Part shown: piece after piece, positions 38,905 through 52,476 of the stretch
Layout: each line of letters starts with the position of its first letter
How positions within the stretch are numbered: the first letter of the stretch is position 1
From: Cenarchaeum sp.
Lineage (GTDB): Archaea; Thermoproteota; Nitrososphaeria; Nitrososphaerales; Nitrosopumilaceae
Direction: 5' to 3'
DNA length: 64,000 nucleotides
NCBI GenBank assembly: GCA_965212015.1
Contig: OZ243037.1
Coordinates: forward strand, 832,001-896,000
The notes under the pieces: generated by a model
The model's database searches: none
Seen by the model: only the letters and a program-made list of their open reading frames with translations
What the model was told of the DNA's origin: nothing
Translations under genes and position numbers: made by a program

Positions 38905-39336
38905 TTATATCCGGGAAATCCGGCCGTCGGGATCCGACTCGTACCACACTGCCTTTGACTCGGCGCCCGCAGCGGTGGGAAAATTGATCGCAATGTGTGA
39001 GAATTTTCCCCTGCCAGACGAGCCGTGCGCGTGCAGCACCCCGGGATCAATGTACGCCATGCCGCCTGCCTTTAGCGGGATTCTGCGCGTCTCTTTTGCC
39101 GCAGCGCCGGTCTTTTTGTAGAATGCCAGATAGCCGCCGCCCCCGGTAGCAATGAGCAGCTGCGCGCCGGTATGCGTGTGCAGCTTTGTTGCAGCACCGC
39201 CGGAGAAATCCACGTGGTATATGCGGGTCTTTTTTGCACCCAGCCGGCCTGTGAGCTCGGCAAGTGCGGTACTGCCGGTGAAATAGTCCGGGTTTATCCT
39301 TCTTTTTACGCCGTCGTGATAGTCCGTTCCCTTCAT
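38905..39336 (-). CDS. Cupin-domain protein
   Basis: LHTHTGAQLL, G..AYIDPGVLHAHG. Confidence 0.88.
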   Translation of the reverse strand: MKGTDYHDGVKRRINPDYFTGSTALAELTGRLGAKKTRIYHVDFSGGAATKLHTHTGAQLLIATGGGGYLAFYKKTGAAAKETRRIPLKAGGMAYIDPGVLHAHGSSGRGKFSHIAINFPTAAGAESKAVWYESDPDGRISRI

Positions 39337-39338
39337 GT

Positions 39339-39716
39339 CTAGATCCGCGAGAGAAGCTTTTTCTTTTCCGCCCTGAACTCCTTTTCTGTCACAATGCCGG
39401 CCTTTCGCAGCTCGCCGAGCTTGGCTAGCGTGTCAAGTGCGTCGCCCTTTGCAATGACCATCTTTTTTGTGGCATCCACGCTCTCGGCCAGCCTTTTTTC
39501 GCCCCGCTCCTTGAGCTTTTTGCTCTCCTTTTGGGCCTGTTTTTTTAGCATCATGCTGCGCCTTTTGGCCTCGCCTGCGGTGATCTTGCCTAGCTCCACT
39601 GCATCGCACAGTATCTCGTCTGCCCTCTTGACGCCCTGATCTATCGCGCCGTCAATCGCCGCGTTTGCCCGATTCAGAAATTTTTCTATATATCCGCCCC
39701 TCGCCCCGGATTCCAT
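39339..39716 (-). CDS. Helical protein with a C-terminal SHOCT domain
   Basis: LAKLGELRKAGIVTEKEFRAEKKKLL. Confidence 0.8.
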   Translation of the reverse strand: MESGARGGYIEKFLNRANAAIDGAIDQGVKRADEILCDAVELGKITAGEAKRRSMMLKKQAQKESKKLKERGEKRLAESVDATKKMVIAKGDALDTLAKLGELRKAGIVTEKEFRAEKKKLLSRI

Positions 39717-39783
39717 GGCGGTATGTTGCGGCGCTGCGGTATTATTGTTTTGCTTTTATAACGGGCCGCACACCATACCAGCA

Positions 39784-40503
39784 ATGGTCAAGCCCGGCAC
39801 AGGTTCCAACCGCAAGACAAGGCTGGTGGTATTAAGGCACAGCCTGGACGAGGCAGCAGCGCGCGCGATAATCGACTCAAAAAAGACCGACGTCTTTAAA
39901 AAAAGGCTAAAGAGGCCTAGACGCGAGGAGGTCCGCATCCACTCTGTGAGGTTCTTTTACGAGGCAGTCCTGCTAGTGTCCGCAAGATACAGGGCCGACT
40001 ATTTCAGAAAGGCCACGCACCCCATCAGGGTGGACTATAACGTAAGCGAGGTGGTGCTAGGGGACGGGGTGTTTCCCATAATTCCAAAGTCAAAGCTGAC
40101 AAGGGCGTTTCTGGGCAGGCGCGGCAAGAACAGAGTCGAGCTGGAGCTAGAAGAGCACGTCTTTGTGGAAAGCGAGGATTCCATGTACTTTGACTGCCAC
40201 GGAGACGAGATGGAATTCCGCCACAGCATAGATCCAAAGACCATAGAGCACTATCCAAAACGCATGCTCCGCAACTGCGAGCCGGACCTGAAGAGGCCCG
40301 GGATTACGGTGGGGGCCGCCCTGGAAAGGCTCGGCAAAAAGATGCAGCGGCCCGCAGAGTCCGACGTGCGTGATCTCACAGACGAGCTTGCCGTGACTGA
40401 TACGGCAGAGATTTACCTGCCCGTGTTTGAGGCGCGCCTGGTAGGCCCGGGGAAAAAAATCGGCATCATGCGGATAGACGCGGTGCGAAAAAAAGTGCTG
40501 TGA
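39784..40503 (+). CDS. Hypothetical protein
   Basis: Long ORF ending YLPVFEA...IDAV. Confidence 0.75.
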   Translation: MVKPGTGSNRKTRLVVLRHSLDEAAARAIIDSKKTDVFKKRLKRPRREEVRIHSVRFFYEAVLLVSARYRADYFRKATHPIRVDYNVSEVVLGDGVFPIIPKSKLTRAFLGRRGKNRVELELEEHVFVESEDSMYFDCHGDEMEFRHSIDPKTIEHYPKRMLRNCEPDLKRPGITVGAALERLGKKMQRPAESDVRDLTDELAVTDTAEIYLPVFEARLVGPGKKIGIMRIDAVRKKVL

Positions 40504-40505
40504 GG

Positions 40506-41345
40506 CTATTTTACAATACGCCTGAACTGCTCGTTGTCCTGGAATTTTTCAAACGCCTTTTCTGCCCTGGCCCATTTTTTTATGGTCTTGGGATCCCCGC
40601 GTACTGCCTGCCTTAGCAGCTCCATTGACTGGCCGAACCTGTCTAGTGCCGCCAAGCTGCGCGCCTTTGCGTATATTATGTTCGGGTTTTTTCCGTGCTT
40701 TGAGAGCATTTGATCAAGGATTGCTATTGCCTTGTCGTGCATGCCAAGCTCGGCGAGCTCTATTGCCTTGTGGAACAGCGAGTCGGTGTGCCGCGGGTGC
40801 TGCCTGCACACGTTCTCAAAGCAGTTGAGGGCCTCCTCGTGCCGCCCCATCTTTCCCAGTACAATCCCCTTGTAGAACTTTGAGTTGGGCTTTTTTGGCT
40901 CCAGCTTTATTGCCTCATCCAGACAGGCAAGGGCATCCTGGTGGCTTTGCAGCCGGTCTAGCAGCACGCCGCAGTTAAAGTGTGCGGCGGCGTACTTTGG
41001 GTCGGCGTCTGCTGCCTTTTGATAGTTTTTGAGCGCAGAGTCCGTGTCTCCCAGCTCCGCCTGGGCGATTGCCATATTGTTGTACGAGGGCGCATCGTTT
41101 GGAGTGTAGCGCAGTACGGCCTCAAAGCAGGTTATCGCATCAGAGTATTTTCGCAGCAGGTTCAGCGCAAGGCCCTTGTTGTACATGGCAGACGCGTTTT
41201 TGGGGTCGCCCTTTAGCGCCTTGTTGAACAGGCCGATTGCCGCCTTTGGCTGGTTTTTTTGCATCAGCTGCATGGCAGAATATACCAGATCCTCGGGATC
41301 CCCCTTTGGGCCGAAAAATATCACAGACAGGCTATGCCACAACAA
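40506..41345 (-). CDS. TPR-repeat protein
   Basis: About seven 34-aa repeats (YNKGLAL..L.KY.DAI.CF). Confidence 0.92.
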   Translation of the reverse strand: MLWHSLSVIFFGPKGDPEDLVYSAMQLMQKNQPKAAIGLFNKALKGDPKNASAMYNKGLALNLLRKYSDAITCFEAVLRYTPNDAPSYNNMAIAQAELGDTDSALKNYQKAADADPKYAAAHFNCGVLLDRLQSHQDALACLDEAIKLEPKKPNSKFYKGIVLGKMGRHEEALNCFENVCRQHPRHTDSLFHKAIELAELGMHDKAIAILDQMLSKHGKNPNIIYAKARSLAALDRFGQSMELLRQAVRGDPKTIKKWARAEKAFEKFQDNEQFRRIVK

Positions 41346-41695
41346 GTAATGAAAGTTTTGCTTGCCGGGGCGGCGGCAGGCACTATACTGCCAGGGGGCC
41401 TATGGCGGGGCCAGAACGCCCGAGTCCCTCGAGGGGTGCAGATAGCACTGCAGCGGCACGCTCCACTCCAGCGTGGACAGATCCACGCCCATCATTACGG
41501 CATCAGAGGCCCAGACACACGGCCCTGCCAGGGTTCCATAAAGCGCAAGCGAGATTACCAGCTTGAAGGTCATCCCGCCGGCAATAAAGCAGGCTATTCC
41601 AACCAAAAGCACGACTAGTCTGGACATTGTACGCAGGTGAGAAACAGGGTATAAAAAGTCCCAACAACCGCATGCCGGATTGGGGGGGGTCCCGC

Positions 41696-41830
41696 TCATC
41701 CCAGCGACTTGAACTTTTTTATCGCCTCTTTTGCCAGGTCTTCGGGGGCAGGTATCTGCGTGGGATCGTCTCCGGCCACTGCGTCGTCGTGGTCCTTTTT
41801 GGTGTTCTGTGGAATCTTTTTTGCGGCCAA
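41696..41830 (-). CDS. Small hypothetical protein (44 aa)
   Basis: MAAKKIPQNTKKDHDDAVAGDDPTQIPAPEDLAKEAIKKFKSLG; TTTTTAA box upstream. Confidence 0.45.
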   Translation of the reverse strand: MAAKKIPQNTKKDHDDAVAGDDPTQIPAPEDLAKEAIKKFKSLG

Positions 41831-41872
41831 CAAAACCGCATGTTTTTGGATGTTAAAAAATATTGCCAGACC

Positions 41873-43177
41873 CTACATGCCTGCAGAGAACCTTCCGGTT
41901 GCCTCAAGCATTGCCGCAATGTCTGCGCGCGTGTGCGCCCCGGATATGGCCCCCATCTTGCCTGGCAGAAAGAATATGCCGTCGCGCGTCATCATTTCAA
42001 AGTGGTACCTCCGCAAGAGTGCGGAATCGCACTCAGCCGCGTCTGCCGAGCTTTTAATGCCGTCATTTTCGCCCCGGGGAAAATGCGTCATAAACAGGGA
42101 TCCCCTTCCGGTGACTTTTGCCCGGCCGTCGAATAGTTTCGGTATCTCGCACCGGAGCTTCTCGCCCATGCCGTTGATTTTCGGATACAGCCGCGCCTTG
42201 TTTTTCTGCAGCACCTCAAGCGTGGCAGCACCCGCAGTCATTGTCGCGGGGTTTGCAGAAAACGTCCCGCCGCCAATGTAGGATCTCTCGGCCTTGCCAA
42301 GGCTGCTGGTGTTTGAGAGCTCCATTACCTCCTTTCTGCCGCAGATGACGCCGATTGAAAGTCCGCCGCCGGCTATTTTTCCCAGCAGTACAATGTCGGG
42401 ATCCAGCCGCATGCCCGGATACGCGCACCCGTACCCAAGGCGGAATCCCGTCACAATCTCATCAAGCAAAAACAGCGCGCCCTTTTTTTGCACAAACTCT
42501 TGTATTGCGCGCATATAGTCTGCGTCTGCCGGTATGCACCCCCCTCCCCCCAGCAGCGGCTCGATTACCGTGCACGCCAGGTCGTCGCCGACTGACTGCA
42601 GTATTTCAATAGAGCCCTCAATGTCGTTGTACGGCAGCGACACAATGTGATCCTCGTTTACAAGACCGCTGCTCTCCGGAACGTCAAACGGCCAGTTGAC
42701 AGTCTTTAGCAGCTCAGAGGTGTATCCGTGCCATCCCCCGTCAATCTTTGCCACTGTTTTTTTTCCGGTGTGCGAGCGCGCAAGCCGTACTGCATACATT
42801 GCAGCTTCTGTGCCCGACGAGACGTACCTTATCTTTTGCGCGGCGGGGACGGCACTTTGGATTAATTCGGACAGGCGCATGGTGGAGCTGTTTACGGTCC
42901 CGAACATCCATCCAGAGTCAAGCTGCCCTTTTAGCGCGGCCCTTACGGCCGGCGGTGCATGGCCCAGAATCAGGCTCCAGTGACCCATCCAATAATCCAC
43001 GTATCTGTTGGAATCGGCATCCGTCAGGTGCCTGCCCTTTGCCGATTCTGTGACAAACGGATACGGCTCAAAGAACCTAATGTTGTGATTCACCCCGTTT
43101 ACGTGGTATTTTTGCGATCTGGCAAAGATTTTGGCCGATCTTTTGGTCTTTTTCCTGTATTGGGCGATTATGTCCAT
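41873..43177 (-). CDS. hemL: Glutamate-1-semialdehyde aminotransferase
   Basis: [33 protein letters not shown]; divergent from the 16S gene as in marine group I archaea. Confidence 0.93.
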   Translation of the reverse strand: MDIIAQYRKKTKRSAKIFARSQKYHVNGVNHNIRFFEPYPFVTESAKGRHLTDADSNRYVDYWMGHWSLILGHAPPAVRAALKGQLDSGWMFGTVNSSTMRLSELIQSAVPAAQKIRYVSSGTEAAMYAVRLARSHTGKKTVAKIDGGWHGYTSELLKTVNWPFDVPESSGLVNEDHIVSLPYNDIEGSIEILQSVGDDLACTVIEPLLGGGGCIPADADYMRAIQEFVQKKGALFLLDEIVTGFRLGYGCAYPGMRLDPDIVLLGKIAGGGLSIGVICGRKEVMELSNTSSLGKAERSYIGGGTFSANPATMTAGAATLEVLQKNKARLYPKINGMGEKLRCEIPKLFDGRAKVTGRGSLFMTHFPRGENDGIKSSADAAECDSALLRRYHFEMMTRDGIFFLPGKMGAISGAHTRADIAAMLEATGRFSAGM

Positions 43178-43231
43178 TTTGTGACTTTGCTGGCCTGCCC
43201 CATAATTTAATCGATCTGCGTTTCTAGGCAT

Positions 43232-43241
43232 GGTTTATATG
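43232..43241 (+). promoter_or_regulatory. Likely rRNA operon TATA box
   Basis: GGTTTATATG about 210 nt upstream of the 16S gene. Confidence 0.55.
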
Positions 43242-43284
43242 ACTAGAATTAGTCCTTGCCTTTGCATACGTAACGCAAGAGCGG

Positions 43285-43368
43285 CGCTTGTGATGAAGTA
43301 TGGTAATGAACCATTTTATGATTCATGGGCCTCCAGTTACGCATACAAAATGAGGGTCTGATCAAGCG
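43285..43368 (+). ncRNA. C/D-box (K-turn) element in the pre-rRNA 5' leader
   Basis: Stem CGCTTG/CAAGCG flanking TGATGA (43291) and CTGA (43358). Confidence 0.6.
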
Positions 43369-43448
43369 ATCAAATCTGAAATGTGAAGATTATGTGCATT
43401 CCGTTCAATTCCAATAAGTACAAAATGTACTTCAATAATCAAGTTTAG

Positions 43449-44919
<1,471 letters not shown>

Positions 44920-45072
44920 TAGAAAAAAAAGGAAATGTGTCGGAATGCACAAATCTTCACAACCATCAAATGCAATGCGCCATGAAAGTGGTGTATGAAG
45001 GATGTAGCGGATCCCTCCCTTGGAGGATTTGCAATGATCGTCGTGTATAGTCGTGTAATATGTGGCTGAATA

Positions 45073-48062
<2,990 letters not shown>

Positions 48063-48570
48063 TCAGCCACTTACATAGAGACTATACGCGACGATTCATT
48101 TTTTTTAGACCCCCAGCGGACGCTGTACGGATTCGTACCGTGTCGCGCATGATGCAAAGCTTCAACTGCCACAAACCAGATCAAAACCGCATACAATTGC
48201 AGCCGATTTGTTTGCGTGGCAGGAATCAAATGACTATGATAAACCAACACAAAATCTGAGGGTATTGGGTATTTCCCTATCTATCCTGCCACGGCATTAT
48301 ATTGGCGCAGGTCGTATTTTTGCTTTTTGTACAGCCGGATTTGCCGGCCCGGGCACATGCCCCGTCTGGTTCAGGACACGGTCAAACTATGGGGGCTGTC
48401 CTACCCAGGAAAGCACTATAGATTGAGATCTCTTGTAGTGGTTATTTGTGCGCCCGACTGGCGGGAATTGATTCCAAAATTGCATGCCTTGTTGCCAAAA
48501 AAATATCCAGACGCAATGTCTGTGCACGGCTTTCGCGCCAATGCGGCCGCAGTACGAGCGGTTCGAGATG

Positions 48571-49131
48571 CTATCTCTTGCGTGTTTCTGTCGTTGTGCG
48601 TGTTTTGCCCGCCTTTGGCCCGGTCTGCTTTCTCCCGGCCAGAATGTCTTTGTTCCTGCGCAGCTGCCGTCTTTTGGCGAGTTTTGGATCATACACCCAT
48701 ATTCGCTCCCTTCCGTTCCTCTTCATCCCGGGGTTTTCCCTCAATTCCTTCCGGCGCTTTTTTACCTCCGGCCTGCGCTGGTACTCCCTTTTGCGTTCCT
48801 TCGGATCAGTCGGTGTGCGCCCCCAGTATCGCGTCCTCCCATCCACCTTTGGCGGGAGGCCCAAAAAGAAAAAAAGTGGAATTTCTGACTGGCCCATCTC
48901 CCTTTGAAGCAGCGTTACGGGTTTTTTCTTGCGTGTCTTTTGTACAGTCTTGTTTTTCTGGCTGCGTGTTTTGGCGGGTTTTTTTACCGCCGGTTTTTTT
49001 CTCGCAGACTTGGGCCGTTTTTTTGCGGCAGGACTGGTGCCAGACTTGCCACGCAATGTCCTGGCCGATCCCTTGGATTTTGCGCCCGCCGACGTGTGAC
49101 GTCTTGTTTTGTGATCATTATGAAGTTTCAT
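48571..49131 (-). CDS. Very basic K/R-rich protein (histone H1/protamine-like composition)
   Basis: PAAKKRPKSARKKPAVKKPAK, one YQRRPEVKKRRKE unit, short hydrophobic core IPLFFFLGLPP; ATG 49131 lies 25 nt after the upstream stop. Confidence 0.65.
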   Translation of the reverse strand: MKLHNDHKTRRHTSAGAKSKGSARTLRGKSGTSPAAKKRPKSARKKPAVKKPAKTRSQKNKTVQKTRKKKPVTLLQREMGQSEIPLFFFLGLPPKVDGRTRYWGRTPTDPKERKREYQRRPEVKKRRKELRENPGMKRNGRERIWVYDPKLAKRRQLRRNKDILAGRKQTGPKAGKTRTTTETRKR

Positions 49132-49156
49132 GTCAGATTTACGGGCACGCCTGGTG

Positions 49157-49894
49157 TCAGCTATTCCTGCGCCCCCCTGTTCTGGGTTTTGCCCGGGATT
49201 TCCCGCGGGTTGTTTTTGCCTTCCGCTTGCGTGCCTTGACCAGAATCGCTTTCTTGTTTTTCTCATAGTATTTTTTGGCGTGTTTTTCACTTTGCTTTTT
49301 TACCTCCGGCCTCTGGCGGTATTCCATGTCATACTCCCTCTTGCGCCTCTTTATTTCCGGCCTCTGGTTGTATTTTTGTAGGCGGCTTTTGATCTCCGGC
49401 CTCTGGCGGTATTCCCTGAGGTGCCTTTGCACTTCTGGCTTGAGATAGTATTTTTTTAGGCGCCTTTTGACCTCCGGCTTTTGGTTGTACTTTCTGCTGT
49501 ACTCCCTGTACCGTTTCTTTATCTCCGGCCTTTGCATCCATTTCTTCTTGCGCGCCTTGACCTCAGGCTTTTGGTTGTACTTTCTGCTGTACTCCCTGTA
49601 CCGTTTCTTTATCTCCGGCCTTTGCATCCATTTCTTCTTGCGCGCCTTGACCTCCGGCCTCTGGTTGTACTCTTTGCGGTATTTCTTTGCGCGCCTCTTC
49701 ACTTCCGGCCTCTGGTTGTTTCTTTTCACATATTCCATGTGGCGTCGCCTTGCCTCCGGCTTTTGGAGGTATTTTTTCATGTATTCGCGCTGGTATTTCC
49801 TGCGCCTTTCCAGCCTTTCCTTGGCCGATTTTCCGGTATTTGCCAACATGTTGCGTTTTATTTTGTAATTATTATTTGTGGTGTTTTTGCGCAT
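49157..49894 (-). CDS. Very basic protein with 11 (Q/L)(R/K)PE(V/I/A) repeats
   Basis: Frame-preserving 13- and 17-aa repeat units throughout; K/R/Y-rich. Confidence 0.8.
   Translation of the reverse strand: MRKNTTNNNYKIKRNMLANTGKSAKERLERRRKYQREYMKKYLQKPEARRRHMEYVKRNNQRPEVKRRAKKYRKEYNQRPEVKARKKKWMQRPEIKKRYREYSRKYNQKPEVKARKKKWMQRPEIKKRYREYSRKYNQKPEVKRRLKKYYLKPEVQRHLREYRQRPEIKSRLQKYNQRPEIKRRKREYDMEYRQRPEVKKQSEKHAKKYYEKNKKAILVKARKRKAKTTRGKSRAKPRTGGRRNS
49467..49671. repeat. 90-bp tandem repeat, about 2.2 copies
   Basis: Units start at 49467, 49557 and 49647; copies 1 and 2 differ at one base. Confidence 0.95.
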
Positions 49895-49945
49895 GGGGAA
49901 CTGTTCATGTGTGATCGGGGTTTTGTGCCAGAAACGCGAGCCGGA

Positions 49946-50134
49946 TTACTTTGACCGGGCCAGATAGCACGTATGGCATATCAGGCCCTCTATGTACCGC
50001 TCGCCTATATAGTCCCTGTATCGGCAGGTGTGATCCTTGCGGTCACAAAAGTCACAGCATCCAAAATTGCCGAAAAACACGAGTATCTCACGATCGGATA
50101 GCTTTCTCGAGAGCAGTTCCCTGAGATTTTGCAC
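49946..50134 (-). CDS. Small zinc-finger protein (62 aa)
   Basis: CDFC...CHTC; co-oriented upstream of the basic proteins. Confidence 0.55.
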   Translation of the reverse strand: MQNLRELLSRKLSDREILVFFGNFGCCDFCDRKDHTCRYRDYIGERYIEGLICHTCYLARSK

Positions 50135-50332
50135 AGGAATGTTGTGTCTGCACGGCTATTTGTGTCTGGTGCGCAGGTGGAGCATATGGGCGCGTGAGAA
50201 AACGCGTCTAATCCCGCAGGTCTGGAACGGAATCCGTTTTTGTCGTCGATTCACAGGCCGGGTTTACAGGGGGACGGACTCGTAGTCTCCAGTCATTGTG
50301 CTTTGTTTTAATAACGGTGCGGCCGCATACCG

Positions 50333-51439
50333 TTGTTGAATCCCGGCATGGCAGTATTGATTGGCGCGGTGTTTTTGAGCGTCGGTGCGGCATACTCCCA
50401 AAATGACGTCCCAGGGTGGGTCACAGAGGTCATTGGGTACTGGCAGGATGACAAAATTACGAATCAGGAATTCAAGGAGGCAATGGACTATCTTATGGAG
50501 AGAGGCGTGGTTCCAGCTCTTATGGCAGTCTCAGCCGAAGGCGGGTCTGCCACGGGGTCAGAAAAAATGATCGAGCCACTGTGTGATATCGGCACAGAGT
50601 ATGACGGGATCAAAAACGAATGCGTCGAAATCGAGAATTATAGGTTTGGTGCCACAATACTGTTTGATCAGCTAGTCTATACGTGGACCGACAAGGCATA
50701 CATTACCATTATTGCACCCAATCACAATCTTGATGCAGATTTGATCGAGGAGATCGGGGCTGGAAAAAACACGCTGAGGATCACCACAAGCACGGGCGAT
50801 CTTGACCGCTACAGGCTAGTCGAGACGGGGCCCAATACCGGCATATTTGCAGGCGAGTTTATCCTTGCCGGCTTTTTGCATGACGCTGACGGCGACCCTA
50901 CCACGGGCAACGACCTGGGACAGGATGTCGGCGAGGCCATACCGGCAGATTACAAATCCGACGGACTGGGCCCCTCTGACGGACTGTTGCCGGCTGCAAA
51001 AGAGGACGGCATAGCAGCATACTTTGAGTTTGACAAGGACGAATCCGTGGTAAGCTCTGCCCTTGTAAGGTGGAATCTGGGCGAGATCAGCTGGCTTGAG
51101 CCACCAAATGCAGGGTCAGGCGCGGTGCGCGTAATTGATCCGGACATGAACTGGGATCCGGAGGCAGTCGATGTATTTCATGTTATGGTTTATTCCGACA
51201 GCGACATGCTGGGCTGGGAGGTTAACGTGATTGAGACCGGTTTGAGTACCGGCATATTTGAGGGATATGTACGGCTTACAGAGAGAGGCGACTCTGGACC
51301 AATAGTTGCCAATGGCGACACGATTACGGCAGTATACACCGACCACACGCTTCCCAACATGCCCGGCGAGATAAATGCACTCTCAGACAAAAAGGAGATT
51401 GTCGACACGATGATTTTCACCAGTCCCGCCGGCACATGA
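50333..51439 (+). CDS. Secreted S-layer-like protein
   Basis: Signal peptide; VPGWV...W.D..I.N.EF..A..YL...G module; two ETG.xTGIF.G repeats; IDPDMN. Confidence 0.8.
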   Translation: MLNPGMAVLIGAVFLSVGAAYSQNDVPGWVTEVIGYWQDDKITNQEFKEAMDYLMERGVVPALMAVSAEGGSATGSEKMIEPLCDIGTEYDGIKNECVEIENYRFGATILFDQLVYTWTDKAYITIIAPNHNLDADLIEEIGAGKNTLRITTSTGDLDRYRLVETGPNTGIFAGEFILAGFLHDADGDPTTGNDLGQDVGEAIPADYKSDGLGPSDGLLPAAKEDGIAAYFEFDKDESVVSSALVRWNLGEISWLEPPNAGSGAVRVIDPDMNWDPEAVDVFHVMVYSDSDMLGWEVNVIETGLSTGIFEGYVRLTERGDSGPIVANGDTITAVYTDHTLPNMPGEINALSDKKEIVDTMIFTSPAGT

Positions 51440-51578
51440 GTCCCAAGGTCCGGGATCTAATCGTGCAGGTTTGCCGCCGGTACAATTGATGCGCGCATTG
51501 CACATGTAACGGCATGGCTTTTGGAATGCGTCCCACAGGATAGAACGAGATATATAATTTCATGCCCCCGCGTACTGT

Positions 51579-51902
51579 ATGAAAACATACCGTATAAGTG
51601 CAGAAAAAGTACTTGCATGCGGGCCGCTAGAGAGCATGTTTCCGTGCTCTAGTACAAAGATTCTCGACTTTTTACTGGTGCACTCAGAGTATGACTATTC
51701 GATATCCGATCTCGCAAGGTTTTCCGGAGTGTCCGTCAAGTCGGCCCTCAGGGAGGTCAGCATGCTAATGGATATGGGGATTCTAAAAAAACCCAGAATA
51801 GTGGGAAAGGCAGAATCATACCGCGTGTCCCGTACCTCCGCCCTTGCCCGGCAGATAAACAGGATGGCAATAAACATCACAATGCAAAGGTATTCGCACT
51901 AG
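51579..51902 (+). CDS. Winged-helix DNA-binding protein
   Basis: KILDFLL...DYSISDLARFSGVS...L...GIL...R.VGKA..Y. Confidence 0.8.
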   Translation: MKTYRISAEKVLACGPLESMFPCSSTKILDFLLVHSEYDYSISDLARFSGVSVKSALREVSMLMDMGILKKPRIVGKAESYRVSRTSALARQINRMAINITMQRYSH

Positions 51903-52476
51903 CCTTGGCTGCAACACGTAGCCATTGATCCTACCTGCGATAATCCATGTGCGTTGCCACATGGTGCGCGGCACATAGACGCTGCATATCACACCAGTCC
52001 TCGACTGGCATGAATCTCTTGCCATGGTTCGGCTCTGTCAGAGAGCGTGTCTATCTGGCAGCTGTTAATCCCAATCCTCCAAATATTCGGGAACGCATGA
52101 ATTCCCATTGTGCGTTAAAATTGAATTGGTCCAGAATCCATGCTGCCCTCGGTACCACCGTTATGCCATGGTCAACGTTAGTCCGAAGGATACAGATTCT
52201 GGCACATTTCCCATGATATAGCATTATAAAAATTTATCTCAGACGGCACTGTAAAGTTGATGTGTTTTGTATGCCAGATTATGCGTAACCACACCTATCA
52301 AAGACATGCAGTCTTTTTACTTTACACGACTACAAAGACTGCATCCTTCTGATCGACTATACATGATCCGAAAAATGCAAAAAAACGCGCAGCTCAGACA
52401 GTCTTGGGTATAATTCCCAAATGGCAACAGACTGTTTTAATCTCGCACGAACTTTTGCGCACCCATAGTTTGGCGG

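Noticed and set aside
41400-41627. Small hydrophobic ORF
   Set aside because: No recognisable motif; too weakly supported to call
49330-49770. CRISPR-like or non-coding repeat array (CTCCGGCCTCTGG recurrences)
   Set aside because: Spacings are 39 or 51 bp and frame-preserving, fully explained by the protein repeat
48327-49954. Plus-strand Phe/Leu-rich ORFs
   Set aside because: Antisense shadows of the Lys/Arg-rich genes
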